Both the position numbers and the translations under genes were made by a program. From Antedon mediterranea (taxonomy: Eukaryota > Animalia > Echinodermata): 64,000 nucleotides of DNA. Below the pieces are notes generated by a model. That model had not been told where the DNA came from. It searched no databases and worked only from the letters and a program-made list of their open reading frames with translations. Position 1 is the first letter of the stretch. Each line of letters begins with the position of its first letter. Location: assembly GCF_964355755.1 (NCBI RefSeq), contig NC_092671.1, forward strand, positions 124,001-188,000, written 5' to 3'. Of this stretch, positions 13,994 through 27,742 are shown one piece after another.

Positions 13994-15798
13994 GTATTTC
14001 AAGTCAAGTACTTTCAAAGAATAATAATATTATGGTTTCCACAAGATTGGTATATTGCTTTACGGACCTTATGTTCCCTAATGTTTACTTTATTTCAATT
14101 CAGATCAAGAATAGGCCTATGCAATTCCCACATTGTTTTCAGTACTTTTCAATAATCCAGTCGTTGAAATTGTATTTAATTATAAGAAGTGAAGGTGTAT
14201 AATTATAGATTTAAAGGAAACATTCATTCAATATATTATTCACATGATCTGGCCTCAATATGACATTTTTGTCAAAACATAGAACTTATTAAATAAGATA
14301 AACGTTTTCCCGAATTATAATGTTATACTGACAGATCTTTCTACTGATGTTTATTATCACCTTACATACTAATTATGGCTTTATTTTCGAAAAAGTAGCA
14401 TTTATTATATGATTTATTTACCATTGTTGGTAATTCCAATTTAAATTACAATTCTTACCCCAAGCAATTACACTTGAATTGTTCGTAAAGATACAATGTT
14501 TGTGGTATAAGCACATATCCTCGCATGATAAAACATATTAATGCTCAAAGGTGATGCGATTGCAACATAACTGAATTAATGACGACATTAGCTTATATTA
14601 AGAACCCCACAGGGTAAAACAGTCTGACTCTTCTTCTATATTAGTGAAATTAATGCATTTTATTATAATAAGAAACTCAGTAGTGTTATAACGGCTAAAT
14701 GAAACTATTTTGGCAAATTCTTTATCATCATTCGCGATCTGTCAGTGCTATGTTGTTACAATGGCTAGCGTCCATGCAAATCAAAACCACATTGATTTAC
14801 TTCAAAGTAATCTTGTTAAGCCGTTTTGTCTGGAAATAATTTTCTGTGCATTCATGGTTGAATAGATAACCTGTTGTAAGATGATGTCGTTGACATGTTA
14901 TCGTTCTCGTTCCTCACCCGTGACCCTACTGCAGGACCTTCTTCCCATACGATGTTATTCTTATTATGATTAATCTTGCTTGTTTAGGCTAATCATGAGC
15001 ATCATCACCATCGTCGTCGTCGTCGTAGCCTTTATTCTATATTTATCATCCTCATCAGCATCTTGACAAACACAGGTCACATGCTAGACTATTGTTCTTA
15101 GATTTCTCCTCGGCATTCAACACTGTTCAGCCACACCTCTTAATTAACAAGCTGAAGTTGATGGATGTTAATCCTGTGCTGAATCTTTGGGTAGCTGATT
15201 TTCTTACAACAGAAAGCAGTCAGTCACATTCAATGATTCGGTTTCTGGTTGTTTGCCTTGTAATTACTGGTGCTCCTCAGGGCTGTTCGCTGTCGCCCCC
15301 TCCTTTTTTTCACTTTACTCTAATGATTTTGTACCTCCTGTTATTGACCAAACTAAATGCTTCTCTATTAAATTTGCAGATAACACTTGTTTAGTAGGTT
15401 TAATCGATGACAATAATAATCTTTAGATTTATATAAGGAATATGTTAATTCTTTTGTCAATTGGTGTACCCAAAAATCATCTCGTACTTAATGTCGAAAA
15501 AACTATGGAAATTGTTGAGTTGAGTGTCTGTTGATCAATGGTAAAGAGGTGGAAATTGTTAAAGATCATAAATATCTTGGCAATTATATTGACGATAAAC
15601 TAAATTGGAATGTTAACACGGAAAAGCTCGATACCAAATGTAATAAAAGAATGTACTTTCTACGTGGAATGAGAACATTTAAAGTTAAGTTCATTTATTT
15701 TTTTATTTATTTGTTTTTTTTTGGATTACGTAATTCTGTTGTACAATCTGCTCGCTTCACTTTGTTTCACTATAATGGTTCAATGAACTACTCGAACT

Positions 15799-17677
15799 GG
15801 GTAGTAACAAAGTGCGAGGCAGCGAGGCACGCGAGGCAGGGAAGGCATGCGAGGCAAGTCAGAAATTTATGCGAGGCATCGTTTTACCATCATCAAAAAA
15901 TGCGAGGTATCATTTTATCATTTCTCAAAATTGCAAGGCAGGAAATCACCGAAATTGAAGTAGCCTAGGCCTAGGCCCGCTAGGCTAGTTTCCTTTTGCA
16001 CCTGCCTTGTATTTTAACCAACTTTATCCTGAATACCACAGCCTATTAGAATTAGTAGGCCTACTTTAATGAAGAAAAATCACATAAAAGTAACAATAAA
16101 TCCATTAAATTGGTGATTTTACAGACGTTGTTTTTCTCGCATTTCGCACACTCAATGTTCAATATTTTGGTTTCTATGGAACGCCAAAAGAGCAAAATTA
16201 ATTAGAGGGCTAAAAACTCTGTGGAATCCATTTATATTTAACGCATTATTTGGTGAAAATCAAGTACAATTTCAATAGATTTTGTCACTGTCAGTAAGGA
16301 AAAATGTTACTGTTGATAATGTACACGGTTTCGTTACCTTTTAAAGAATAAAATAGAAAAATTCATCATAATATCCTTAGTAGGATGTCCTAGGTCTAGA
16401 CTAGGTAGTGATGTTGATTTAGGATCGATTATTATTCTTTGAAAACAGAACAGTATCAGCAGTAACATATTACAACATTTTTATTGACAAATTAACAAAT
16501 ATATTGAAATAAAACGTGTTTTTCACCAATAAATGCATGAGAAATTGACGCATTCCACTGAGTTTTAGTCCTCTATTATCGTTGCTCTTTTGGCGCTCCA
16601 TAGAAACAAAAATATTGAACATTGAATAAGTGAAATTCGCGAACAGTGTGCGAGAAACACGACTGTAAAATCATTAATTTAAGGATTTATTTGTTACTTT
16701 TTATGTGATTCTTTCATTAAAGTACTCATGAGGTATACTTCTAAGGTGTGGTATATACACGATAAAGTTAGTTATTTATCAAATTTGGAGTAAAAATACA
16801 AGCGAAGGAAACTAGCGCCAGGTTTATTAGTACGTACATGGACAACAATAAATTAAAATCGTTCGTAATATACCTAGCTTACTAAAACAGGAATAGTGTA
16901 TCATTATTAAATATTACACCAATTATTATTTTATCAAAATTGATTAGATTATTTTCTACATAGGCCTCTTATCTAGGTTAGGGCTAAGCATATTAGCTAA
17001 AGTTTAATTTTAGGCCTAGTATTACAAGTCTTTTTTCACACGCGCTTCAGAATTCTGTTGCAATTTTTTTCTTTGCGGCATGTTATTGGATCGGCATATC
17101 AGTTACCTTTTATTCACCGCCAGTTATTGAACTTGTCCTGGCAATCGCTGTTCACTTTATTTGCGAGAGAGGTACACGTGTTGTTCCTAGAGAATGGAAT
17201 GTCAAAAAATGTCTTTGGCACGCCGCTCAGAGAGAAGTCTGTGCGTTGCTGCTGAAACCACGTGCTATAGGAGGGGAATGCACCACAATCCTCTGAGCTG
17301 AGGGCTGAATCATTCCGCTACCTGCTAAATAGTAAAGAGGGATTTTCCATCTCTCGGGTCTACCGGATCTAGGCGCAGGGGTGTGACAAAATATTATTTT
17401 CACTCTGCTATGTTCGAGAGACATGTGAGTAAAATAAAATAAACAACATGATGAGTGTATACACGAATCTATTTAGGTACGCTTGTATCGATTGATTATT
17501 AGGCCTATAATATAGCATAATAGCACGTTAAGATATGCCTCGCACCTTTTTGAAATTGTAAACTATATGCCTCACATGCCTCGCACTTTTGGAAATGATA
17601 AAATTATGCCTCGCACAAATATTTGGCATGCCGCGCTTGCCTCGCGTGCCTCGCTGCCTCGCACTTTGTCAACACTC
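15799..17677. mobile_element. Mutator-like (MULE) foldback element
   Basis: TIRs containing ACAAAGTGCGAGGCAGCGAGGCACGCGAGGCA and its reverse complement; imperfect ~9-bp TSD (ACTCGAACT / AACTGAACT); additional internal inverted pair ~16000-16260 / 16520-16800. Superfamily inferred from G termini and TSD length. Confidence 0.7.
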
Positions 17678-17825
17678 AACTGAACTTATAGTAAGAAAAA
17701 ATGAAATTCGATTATTAAGCAAGCGAGTAAGATTAGGCCTATAGGCACCGATGTTAAATTGTTAGAACACTTATGTAATGAAATGATGTCTAAAAAACGT
17801 AATTGTATTATGTCTGATGTTACTC

Positions 17826-19337
17826 GGGTGTGTAGAAAGCGACGACCTCGAATTGGACGACCCCAACGACTCGGGCGACCTCGAATTGAACGACCTCGAA
17901 TTGAACGACCCATAACACGAAACCGACGACCCCTATAGCCTAGCCTAGCCTAGGCCTAAGTGTGGTATAACATCCCGAAGCCGAACATAGCCAAAGATCT
18001 TTAAACTATACCTTATTATATACTCGCAAGCAAGCAATTGATTGGAAAAAATACAGAAATATCGCCATTTGATACTGATTGCGTCGACACGAACAAACGA
18101 AAAGATATGGAACGCCAAGAGTGCATCAATAAAACTGCATTCGACATATTAAAAATAAATTAAAAAGAAATAAGTATTATACAATACATGGTTAAACCAT
18201 GTAATTACATACTACAATTTTGTTAGTTTGAAACAGCAAAGGAACTTGTAGTCATATTTAATAATTTAATTGTTTTTAATCTTTCAAGGTAAAAATGCAG
18301 TGCACTCCATAATATTTTTCTCGCGTGTATGCCTACCACGTAAAATCACGTTGTCTCTCAGGACTATTATATTGATATTCTTCGAATGAGGTTAAATAAT
18401 TATTATTTTTTATTTACTATCTTTTAATATCATATTTTATTGAATTTTACAATGTTAATACACAATTATTTTACTTCAACTGCCGCCTGAGGGGGCAACA
18501 TGTTTACGTCATTTTTGGCAAAAAACGATCATTTTCGGTCATGTTTTAGGCCTTATATTTTGGAATCTACAAGTCAGATATTCATAATTATTTCTCTTTA
18601 ATTATAATATTTAATAATATATACTAAAAACCGTGATATATAAACTTTGGAATATACATCGTTATATCTAATAATTAATATAAATAGAACTTCTATTAAA
18701 TAGAAACGAGCACCGGCGAAAGTATTAAGCATTTGGCGTTTCATAGAAAATAACGTTTTTCTGGCGGCGCCTCAACTTGTCGGCGGCTCAACTTGGCCTA
18801 ATCCTGCATGGGGAAAGCCATAAGAAAGCTTTACATTTCACACATGCATTGTATACGGTCAAACCATGGAGGTATAAAAATATTTTTACCAAACCATGGA
18901 GCTGGTCAAACCATGGTCAAACCATGGAGTAATTACTCCATGGTCAAACCTTACCTGCCGCTGAAAAGAGGCCTGGTTTGCCATGTTTATGATATTTCGT
19001 GTGCTAATCGAGTCGAATGCAGTTTTAATGATGCACTCTTGGCGTTCCATATCTGTTCGTTTGTTCGTGTCGACACATTCAGTATCAAATGGCGATATTT
19101 CTGTATTTTTTCAATCAATTGCTTGCTTGCGAGTATTATATAAGGTATGGTTTAAAGATCTTTGGTTATGTTCGGCTTCGGGATGTTATACCATACTTAG
19201 GCCTAGGCTAGGCTAGGCTATTATAGGGGTCGTCGGTTTCGTGTTATGGGTCGTCCAATTCTAGGTCGTCCAATTCGAGGTCGCCCGGGTCGTTGGGTGG
19301 GGTCGTCCAATTCGAGGTCGTCGCTTTCTACACACCC
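17826..19337. mobile_element. Mutator-like foldback element with ~320-bp TIRs
   Basis: Termini GGGTGTGTAGAAAGCGACGACC / GGTCGTCGCTTTCTACACACCC; perfect 10-bp TSD GATGTTACTC (17816-17825, 19338-19347), or 8 bp if the termini are CGGG/CCCG. Confidence 0.85.
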
Positions 19338-20839
19338 GATGTTACTCACCCTGTCTTTGATACCCTTGTTACCTGCAGATCAGGTAGATTAGGCCTACTC
19401 CACCCCAAAGTCAAAACAAACAGATTTAGAAACACACATATTCCATCAGCTATCAGGTTGTATAATAGAGATTTTAAACGTTAGTCCGCTTATTACTCAT
19501 GTTTCTGTTAGTTCCTGTTTATTATTAATTTTAGTTTTGTAATTTATGTTATATTCATACTAACTCAAGTATTGCCGTTTTGCCGTTTTAACAATGACGT
19601 TTTATCGTATCGTATCGTAACATCTTATAATCCTGTTTATTTTTGTTCTGCTGTGCTTTTTATATTTCTTGTTTATAGTATTTAATTACCGTATCTTATC
19701 GTATTATCGTATCATATCGTATTATCGTATCGTATCGTAACATCTTATAATCCTGTTCATTTTTGTTCTGCTGTGCTTTATATTTCTTGTATGTAGTATT
19801 TTATAACAGCCATTCCCCTGTGACTTAAACTATTATTGTTTGTATACATGCTGGGTACTTGTTCAATTATCCTTCGTTAGAGATATACTGTACTTCTGAG
19901 TACAGTAAGGTGAAACCTAGTACGAATTCATTATTTTAATAAAACCAATTACCAGCTAGCTGTATTTATAAATTAAAACACTATTCGTATCTCGCACATC
20001 AAAGCCGGTGCTTACTGGTTCATTTACATACATGTAACACATTGAATTTATTATAGGCACTGTTTAATAATGAAGATTGAATATTTTATGATATTTCCGT
20101 GCTCTGTTCATAAACATCATTATTCACTAATACAAAATTGTGAGAATTTACATAATATTAATGGAACATAGTAACGATAAAAGATACATATTTATTTAAT
20201 TTGAACAAAGAAACACAGCGCTTATTGACATAATTATGTATCAATCGCTTACATTTTTGTTTTCCTTCCTTAGGTAAACATAACATGGTTGCAAACAATC
20301 ATTGTTTTTGCCTTGCAATATCATCATCAACACATGCTTTAAATGATGGTAATTTATTATAGCCATGACTTATTATTTTATAGGCCATTCATCGTTATTT
20401 TGGAATTAAATTAATTAATACCACTTAATAATAAGCTACTGATACTGTCAGTGAAACTTTATACCGTTATTAATTTTAACGATACCTATTATTACAGATA
20501 TATTTATGCAAGAAATGTTGTAATAATCCCAAATGATTGTATATTATTTTATTAATGCTATTAGGCTATGCATGAATCATGCGCAAAATTAAGTTTCACA
20601 TTCCATATAATTTATAATTTGACTCAAAATCTTGTAATGATAGACAAACACGACAATTTATAATAACAATTTTTAAAATAAAATAATTATTGGAATTCGT
20701 ATTATTCGTAAAAACATAAATTAATTGTACAAGTGTCAATATAATCTAGAACTCTAAGTTACAATACAATAAATTGATAATTGGGAGTACTTTGAAGCAG
20801 AAATCAATTACTGTTTACAAAATGTATAAAATACGATTT

Positions 20840-21500
20840 CTTAGAAAGAAGGACAGACTAAAATAAAACTTAAGTTGTTTTTATCATTTGTATTAATAAA
20901 TAATATCCATAGGTCATAATCATTAGAGAGCGTGAAATCATGTTCTATGTTTCTTGATTCTTCTTTTGTCAAAAAGTTCAGTTCAATACAAAATTGTTAA
21001 TATCTTCAAATTCACCATTGTTACAATGTGCGCACACACATCAGTTCAACCACTTTTTTTACAATCATCTTTAAACATTAAACTGGCACCATAACATTTG
21101 TTTAGTGAAGAAGATACTTTGCAATACAATTTTTGTTGTAACTTATTTGACCACTCTGATTTATATGATTCTGACAAAGGCCATGTTCAATATTCTAACT
21201 GAAAATGATGTGAATGCCAGATTAAATACAGACATTAAATACATTATCATAAGATCATCATCAATTGTACATTTTGTCAAGTGCATCAACACATATACTT
21301 TATTATTTATATTTTAAGTGGCAGTTACTGAAGTTACAGTTTGTTGCATACTATTATCCATTTCTATAATAGACAAAAGGACCCAGCCAAGATCATCATA
21401 AAGGGTTTCACTGAGTGTATACCGTGGGGCATTTAGAAAATAACGTGCCATATGTAGTTCAAGCCTTTCAATTATTATACCAAACACACTTACATTCTAA
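20840..21500 (-). pseudogene. Old LINE ORF2 C-terminal remnant (RTE-X-like)
   Basis: Manual minus-strand translation gives ERLELHMARYFLNAPRYTLSETLYDDLGW and CVCAHCNNGEFEDINNFVL (a decayed CxxC..E..HF..C knuckle); many stops. Confidence 0.6.
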
Positions 21501-21608
21501 TATTGATTGATGGAAGTACAATTCTTTCAAAGTATATTACAATAGTACATTCTATAAAAAATATCTAGATTATTAAACTGTTTAGACGTGGTGTTCGTTC
21601 ATATTGGT

Positions 21609-24380
21609 TAATAATAATAATAATAACAGGATTTTTATAGCGCACATACCACTCAAGAGTGCTCAAGGCGCATTCAAAAAAATAAAACAAATCATACAAA
21701 TTCCCGACAAATAAAATGCAATTTCTTTGGAGGGTCCCCATCCGTTCTCGTTCTGTCGCGGTCTCGGACCCCTACATAGGTGACCAAACAAAGGAACAGG
21801 ATACACATTTGCCTTGCCACAGACGACCGGGTGCTCAGAGACAACAACCAAGACAGAGGCACCCCAAAGATAATGCTGGTCAGGAAAAAGTATACTATAC
21901 AATTCTAGAACTTTAAGAAACCTCATGATTTCCATATGCCTTAATGAATAAATGTGTTTTTAATAATTTTTTAAAAGTATCAACAGTTTTGCAAAATCTG
22001 ATAGAGCTCGGTAGAGCATTCCATAGACGAGGAGCAGTAACGGTGAAAGCTCTGTCTCCCCATGAGTGGTGAGACTTAGGTTGATGTAGAAGCACCGTAT
22101 CACTAGAACGCAGATTCCGTCTGGGAACATACAGCCTAAGCATGTCAGAAATATATTCAGGAGCCATGCCATTAATAGACTTAAAAACAAAGAGTAATAT
22201 TTTAAAAACAATGCGGTACCTAACAGGAAGCCAATGCCAAGTTTCCAAGGTATTTGATATGTGTGCATATCTTGGTAGTTTTTTAACAACTCGTGCCGCT
22301 GTATTTTGAATCAGCTGAAGCCTGTGGAGTTGTTTTTGTGGTAGCCCATATAGCAATGAGTTTCCCATATACAGTCGTGAAGTGACAACAGCATGAACAA
22401 GTTGTTTAGCTGCTGCCTCATTAATAAACTTTCGAAAGACGACGTAGAAATAGTTGTTGAGATATGAGAAATCAAAGTCAGCAGCTTTGATCCAAAGAGA
22501 ATATATTCTGTTTTTTCATCATTTAATTTAAGAAAATTGTTTTTCATCCAGACACGCAATTCATGGATACAATGTTGGAGCAGTTCCAAAGAAATGTCAA
22601 TGTGTGTCATTGTAGGTTTAAAAGAAATATAAATCTGAGTATCATCAGCGTAAACATGATAGTACAGATCATATTTAATAATGATATCCCGTATTGGGTG
22701 TAAATAAATTGTGAACCATTGAGATAGCATCACCAATACATACGTGTTGAGGCCTTTTTTCCAAATATGACCGACACCAATCAAGTGCTTTTCCTTCAAT
22801 ACCAATATACGTACTGAGTCTATTTAACAACACGGAATGGTCAACCGTATCAAATGCTGCACTTAAGTCTAATAATACTAGAGCAGTTAGCTTTCCATCA
22901 TCCATTGCACGTAGGATATCGTTATTTACACGAAGTAGTGCAGTTTCAGTACTATGATGCACTTTATAGGCAGATTGATACGGATCAAGTAGACTATGGT
23001 TTTGTACATGCGACAATATCCGTTTAGGAACAACCTTCTCAATTATTTTTCCTAAAAAACTAAGATTCGAGATAGGTCTGTAGTTTTTCAGAATCTCGGT
23101 ATCTAGACCTATTTTGTTCAATGTGGGTCGAACATGAGTGACTTTAAGAGACTCTGGGAAAGAACCACTTTCAAGAGACTTATTTACAATATGTGTGATT
23201 AATGGAATAAATGCAGAAGTACATTTCAGTGAAGTTGGTACCGGGTCAAGTGCACACGATTTTGAGGGAGAATTTTTGACAATATTTAGAATTTCCTCCT
23301 CACTTGCAGGTTCGAACTGAGAAAGCTGTATGGACCTAGTTAAATCATAAGATTTATTTATATTTATACATTTATCAGAAGCAGTTGTAACTTCTGCAGT
23401 ATTTTCATTTTCTAGTGAATCACGAATTGATTTAATTTTATTTATAAAAAATACAGAATATCTTTCAGCAAGAGCTTCATCTGAGACAGACGAAGGAAGG
23501 ACTGATGACTTGGAACGATGTAAAAGTTTATTTACTAAATCAAAAAGTTTCTTTTGATCACCTGTCACTAACCAGACTAGAGTAATACCGCGTCTTGGCC
23601 TTTTCAATCAGTCCATTTACAATACATCTTTGGTCACAGTATTCCTGTCTATCCTTAAGAAACTTTGATTTCATCCACTTACGTTCAAGTTGACGACGTA
23701 ATTTCCTTTCAGATCGAATTTCATCTGTATACCACGGTTTAGCTTCCTTTTGCCTAATTGTTTTTTTTTCTGAACTGGCGCATGTAAATCAAGTACAGCT
23801 CTGAGATGAGAATAGTTTTCTACACTATCTTCAAGAATCACACTTACATCGGTTATATTAGACACACACGCTTGAATGTCATTTTGGAATTTCTCAATAT
23901 CAATTTGTTTTAGGTTGCGACTTTTCCTTACAGTTTTACGGGTTGTGGGCCGTTTAAGATCAAACTTGCAAAATATGGCAACATGATCTGACAGGCCAGG
24001 ATGTATCTTAACATCCGGGAGCAGTAGATCATCTCTAGTGATTATAAGGTTAAGGCAGTGCCCACTAGAGTGTGTGGGTTCATTTATATGCTGCTGGAGA
24101 CCAAACGATCTAAGCAGTGTTTTAAATCTATTTGCTGCCACATTTTTAGTATTATCCATGTGGATATTAAAATCTCCACAAAAGACAATTTCAGCCGAAA
24201 AGAGAATATAGTCAAACAACATTTTTCAAAATCATTGAGGAATTCTGTAACAGACAAGGTTGGTGGTCGATATATGTTAACTAAACGAAGAGATATTATT
24301 ATTATTATATATATTTTATCTACAGAATGGAATTGATTCAGTAATGTTACTTTCGTCAATTTAAATGTACACGAGAACAC
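21609..24380 (-). mobile_element. L2-clade (CR1 group) LINE, 5'-truncated and frameshifted (APE + RT)
   Basis: APE motifs IYRPP, CGDFNIH, PTHSSGH, SDH; RT motifs NYRPISNLSFLGK, LLDLSAAFDTVDH, YADDTQIY; C-terminal HWLPVRYRIVFK and GDRAF..APRLWNALP; 3' end GCGCTATAAAAATCCTG(TTA)n. Confidence 0.92.
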
Positions 24381-25477
24381 ATCAATGCATAAATATACCT
24401 ATCCAGGGTAGCGGAGGGCGCGCTCTACATTGAAATTAATAGCACAGCCCCTAGATCCGTTGATATCTCATAGTGTACTAGTATACACTCTCCAATTCTA
24501 TTATGTAGTTTGTTGATGTAACTCCAGACCTGTTTGTAATGTGAAATTAGTTTACGACGCCAAACAAAATCTAACTTATTCCGATTGTCAAGACAAATCA
24601 AATTGGCTTGAGTCGTGAAGTAGGGTATATATTTATCTTTTAAGCATATTTTTTTATTTCAGTTTTTATCCTATATTATTACTGGTTTCTAATACAGAAA
24701 TTTAATATTGTTAACATTTAAACAATGTTCTAATTATTCTCATGAGTCAATTGAAATATTCAATTTCATTTAGTGTAGTGTTGTAATTAGTCCTAATGTC
24801 TTTCTTATGGTTGCAAATGTGCGTTGTCAGTAAAGTTTAATCAAGTAATTGTCTTTAATGAACGTTCAAATGGCGTGGTTAATTCAGTAACAGAAAGAGA
24901 TGGTCAAACTGTACAAAATGATTGATACAGTAATTGTATTTCACAGTCATATTTCTTCTGATTGGCTTTAAGTTGTTTTTAAGTCATCATACTTAAATTG
25001 TAATTTAGTACTTATATATAACTGTGCCATACTCAACTTACTCTGCTCAGATTAGGTAATAAATGCACGCACGAATTATACATAATGTTGGAAGTGGGTT
25101 GCTAATAAAATACGCTTTCAGTTTAAAAGGATATGCTTAACTTAGATTGCAGCCATAATAATACATATCCTGTCTGGATTTAATCAAATTGCTGGTTGAC
25201 AATTTTTGATAATAATCAAAATCTTCAGGTTAGATTTCGAAAAATTCAAATTCAAAAACTGTTATTGTCCAATATTCATAAAAATAAAAAATTGGAAATT
25301 TGTTGATTGACAAACTAAACACACGGAACAAGCACAATATATAACAAGGCCATATAGATGGCTGCAGTCGCGTGCTCAAGTTGGTGTTTACCGACCGACC
25401 GACCAACTGACCGACCGACCAACCGACCGACCGACCAACCGATCGACCAACCGACTGAAATTGCTGAACATGTTTAA

Positions 25478-26680
25478 AGACACCTTCCCTACGTTTTAGA
25501 ACTACTTTAAAGGCCAGGTGCGGGCAAACAATTTCTATTGATCATACATTCCAATAATTATCGATCTATAGTTTCCCCTATGTTTCATAATTTTTGGGAT
25601 TTTATTTGTGTTACACGAGCTTGTTGAAAATAAGCACTTTCATATCAGTGGGGGGATAGTTCAAATTACACAGTAAAATCTCTATTCTTTTGTACACAAA
25701 TTTTGTAAATAGAGAGGCATTTTAAAAAGCTATGAAAAATAAATGGTGTGGTAAAAAATGTTATCAGATGACTAAATATAGGTAATATAACTTGAATATT
25801 ACATTTCTGATATTTTTATTCAACTTCAGATTTTTATTTTCATGCTATAGCAAAAATTATCCACCATCTTTTTTCACCGTCTAGGGAGTCACCAGACATG
25901 TTAATTACATTAGGTTAACTACCGAACTACTGAAAAAAAGTCTTCCTGGTTTTGATGGAAGAATTTTGCCAAATTTTGTATTTGACCATATTAAGGGAAA
26001 TTCATGTTTTTTCGTCTCGATTTCTGTTACAAATATTTGATTTATGTACAATTAACCAACTATTATATTTAAAATTCATGCCTGTACCTGAGCTTTAAGG
26101 TCACAAACTATATTTAATGTAAAAATAATACTATATGGTTCTATTGCGATAACTTTTTTCGTCTTTAAATAGTTAAAAATGTGAAAAATAAGTCGATTCT
26201 AATAATTATAGCGGCCCGCTATAAATCCCAAAAATGCATTGCGCGCGGATTGATATTTTTGTTTTTCTTCTGTAATTCACCCACTTTTCGATCGATCGTG
26301 AGGCCAAATAAAAACAAATGGAAGACTCCTAACTTGTCAGCGAAAATGCCAGGTTTTCCCCAATTTGTATCAACGGAATCTGAAAAAAATTGAAAGACAA
26401 TTAATGCAGCAACTATACGACGTCAGGCTAGGTATATAGCTAGCGTACGATGTTCGTACGTTACCGATGTTTACCAGCTAGGCCTACAAAACTAAGCCTA
26501 GAGACCGTCCACGAGAGGTCAATCGCCGCGAGCTACTTAAGTAGTGCATTGTTTCTCACTTTTTATCCTAATTTACCATAAAACGTACATTTAAGACAAG
26601 GAATGACCTGGTTTAATGTTTTTAAAGTAATATATATGTATTATTTTTACAAAACGTCACAAATTGTATGGAAGGTGTCT
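25478..26680. mobile_element. Kolobok-like non-autonomous element
   Basis: TTAA on both sides; TIRs AGACACCTTCCCTAC / GTATGGAAGGTGTCT; related copy at 39764-40415. Confidence 0.8.
25511..26094. mobile_element. Second Kolobok-like element nested in the first
   Basis: TTAA on both sides; imperfect TIRs AGGCCAGGTGCGGGCA / TGCCTGTACCTGAGCT; the host paralogue near 40407 has a single TTAA at this site. Confidence 0.72.
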
Positions 26681-27742
26681 TTAACAATGTTGAAAATGTT
26701 TAAAATTAAAACATTGATATTTTTTTTAATTTACACGTGCGTAGTCTATCACTTTTGACGTGCTCGTTTAACGTAATTTCGAGTTGAAAAATAAGTCAAG
26801 AAAACAGAAATCTGGAAAAAATAGTGCGTATTATCATTTAACGCGCAGTACGCGTGCAAAAACCTGCGCACTCATGGCAATTTTTTCAACGCTTAAACGT
26901 ACTCTTATTTCATCGAAAATTAATTTTGACAATTTAAAAAATTTTAATTAGCGCGCGTACGCATGCGTTACATGCGCTACGCACGTAATTGTATTGCCAT
27001 ATGATGATTTATGGCCTGAAATTTATTGAGTACCAAATTTAATTTAATTGTTTTCGTTAAATCGTGCGTAGACCGCGTAATTTATTATTGCGCACCGTGA
27101 AAACATAACCACATCGATTCCGGGCCATAAGGAATATAATGTGAAAAATTGACTTAGCTAGATTAAACTGATATCAAGATAAGGTCTTATACAAGTTAGT
27201 GTTTACCGACCAACCGACCAACCAACCGACCGACATAGTGAGCTGGGGAGTCGCGTTGCACGCGACTAAATATGTAATAAAATTGATTAAAAATCTGTAA
27301 TGAGATGAAATGGAAGAATTGCATTTTAATATCATTTTAAAAAGATTATCTATTGCACATCTTATTATATGTCATGAACAAACGAATTATGATACCTAGT
27401 AGTTCTTGATAGGATACTACACAATCGACAGCCTGAACGCAGTTGTTGATTGTACTCTGCAGCAAACAAGGGATGGCTGTGATTGAACATAATTCGCTTG
27501 ACCAGCGTTGTTACAATCGTTAATGTAGAAAACGCCAGCTAATGTCAAAACAATCGTTAATGTAGAACAATCCACCGCTTAAAAGAGGTGGTCATTTACA
27601 AGAGGTGTGGTCGTTAAGGGTGAGGTGATCCCTTACGAGAGATGGTCGATTATTAGAAGCGGTCCCTTAACAGATATTGCTTACGATTTGTGGTCGTTTT
27701 AGAAAGTTAGTTGCTTACGAGAGGTGGAAAGACTGATAACTA

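Larger units (their letters stand above)
15040..19620 (+). mobile_element. Degenerate Rex1/Babar-type LINE split by two foldback elements
   Basis: Frameshifted RT pieces LDFSSAFNTVQPHLL, GAPQGCSLSP, KYLGNYIDDKLNW, IIKQASKI and HPVFDTLVTCRSGRL..KTNRFRNTHIPSAIRLYN; (TATCG)n tail near 19605. Confidence 0.85.
25343..27270 (-). mobile_element. Helentron-associated non-autonomous element (HINE/DINE-1-like)
   Basis: Subterminal inverted repeats AGTCGCGTGC (25366) / GCACGCGACT (27258); stem-loop AGTCGCGT-TGC-ACGCGACT at one end and GCCAT-ATAG-ATGGC hairpin at the other; (CCGA/CCAA)n microsatellites near both ends. Confidence 0.75.

Noticed and set aside
20274-20348. Signal-peptide-like mini exon (TTCCTTAG|..LAISSSTHALND|GTAATT)
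   Set aside because: Needs a frameshift to look like a signal peptide, has no linked exons, and lies beside decayed LINE sequence.
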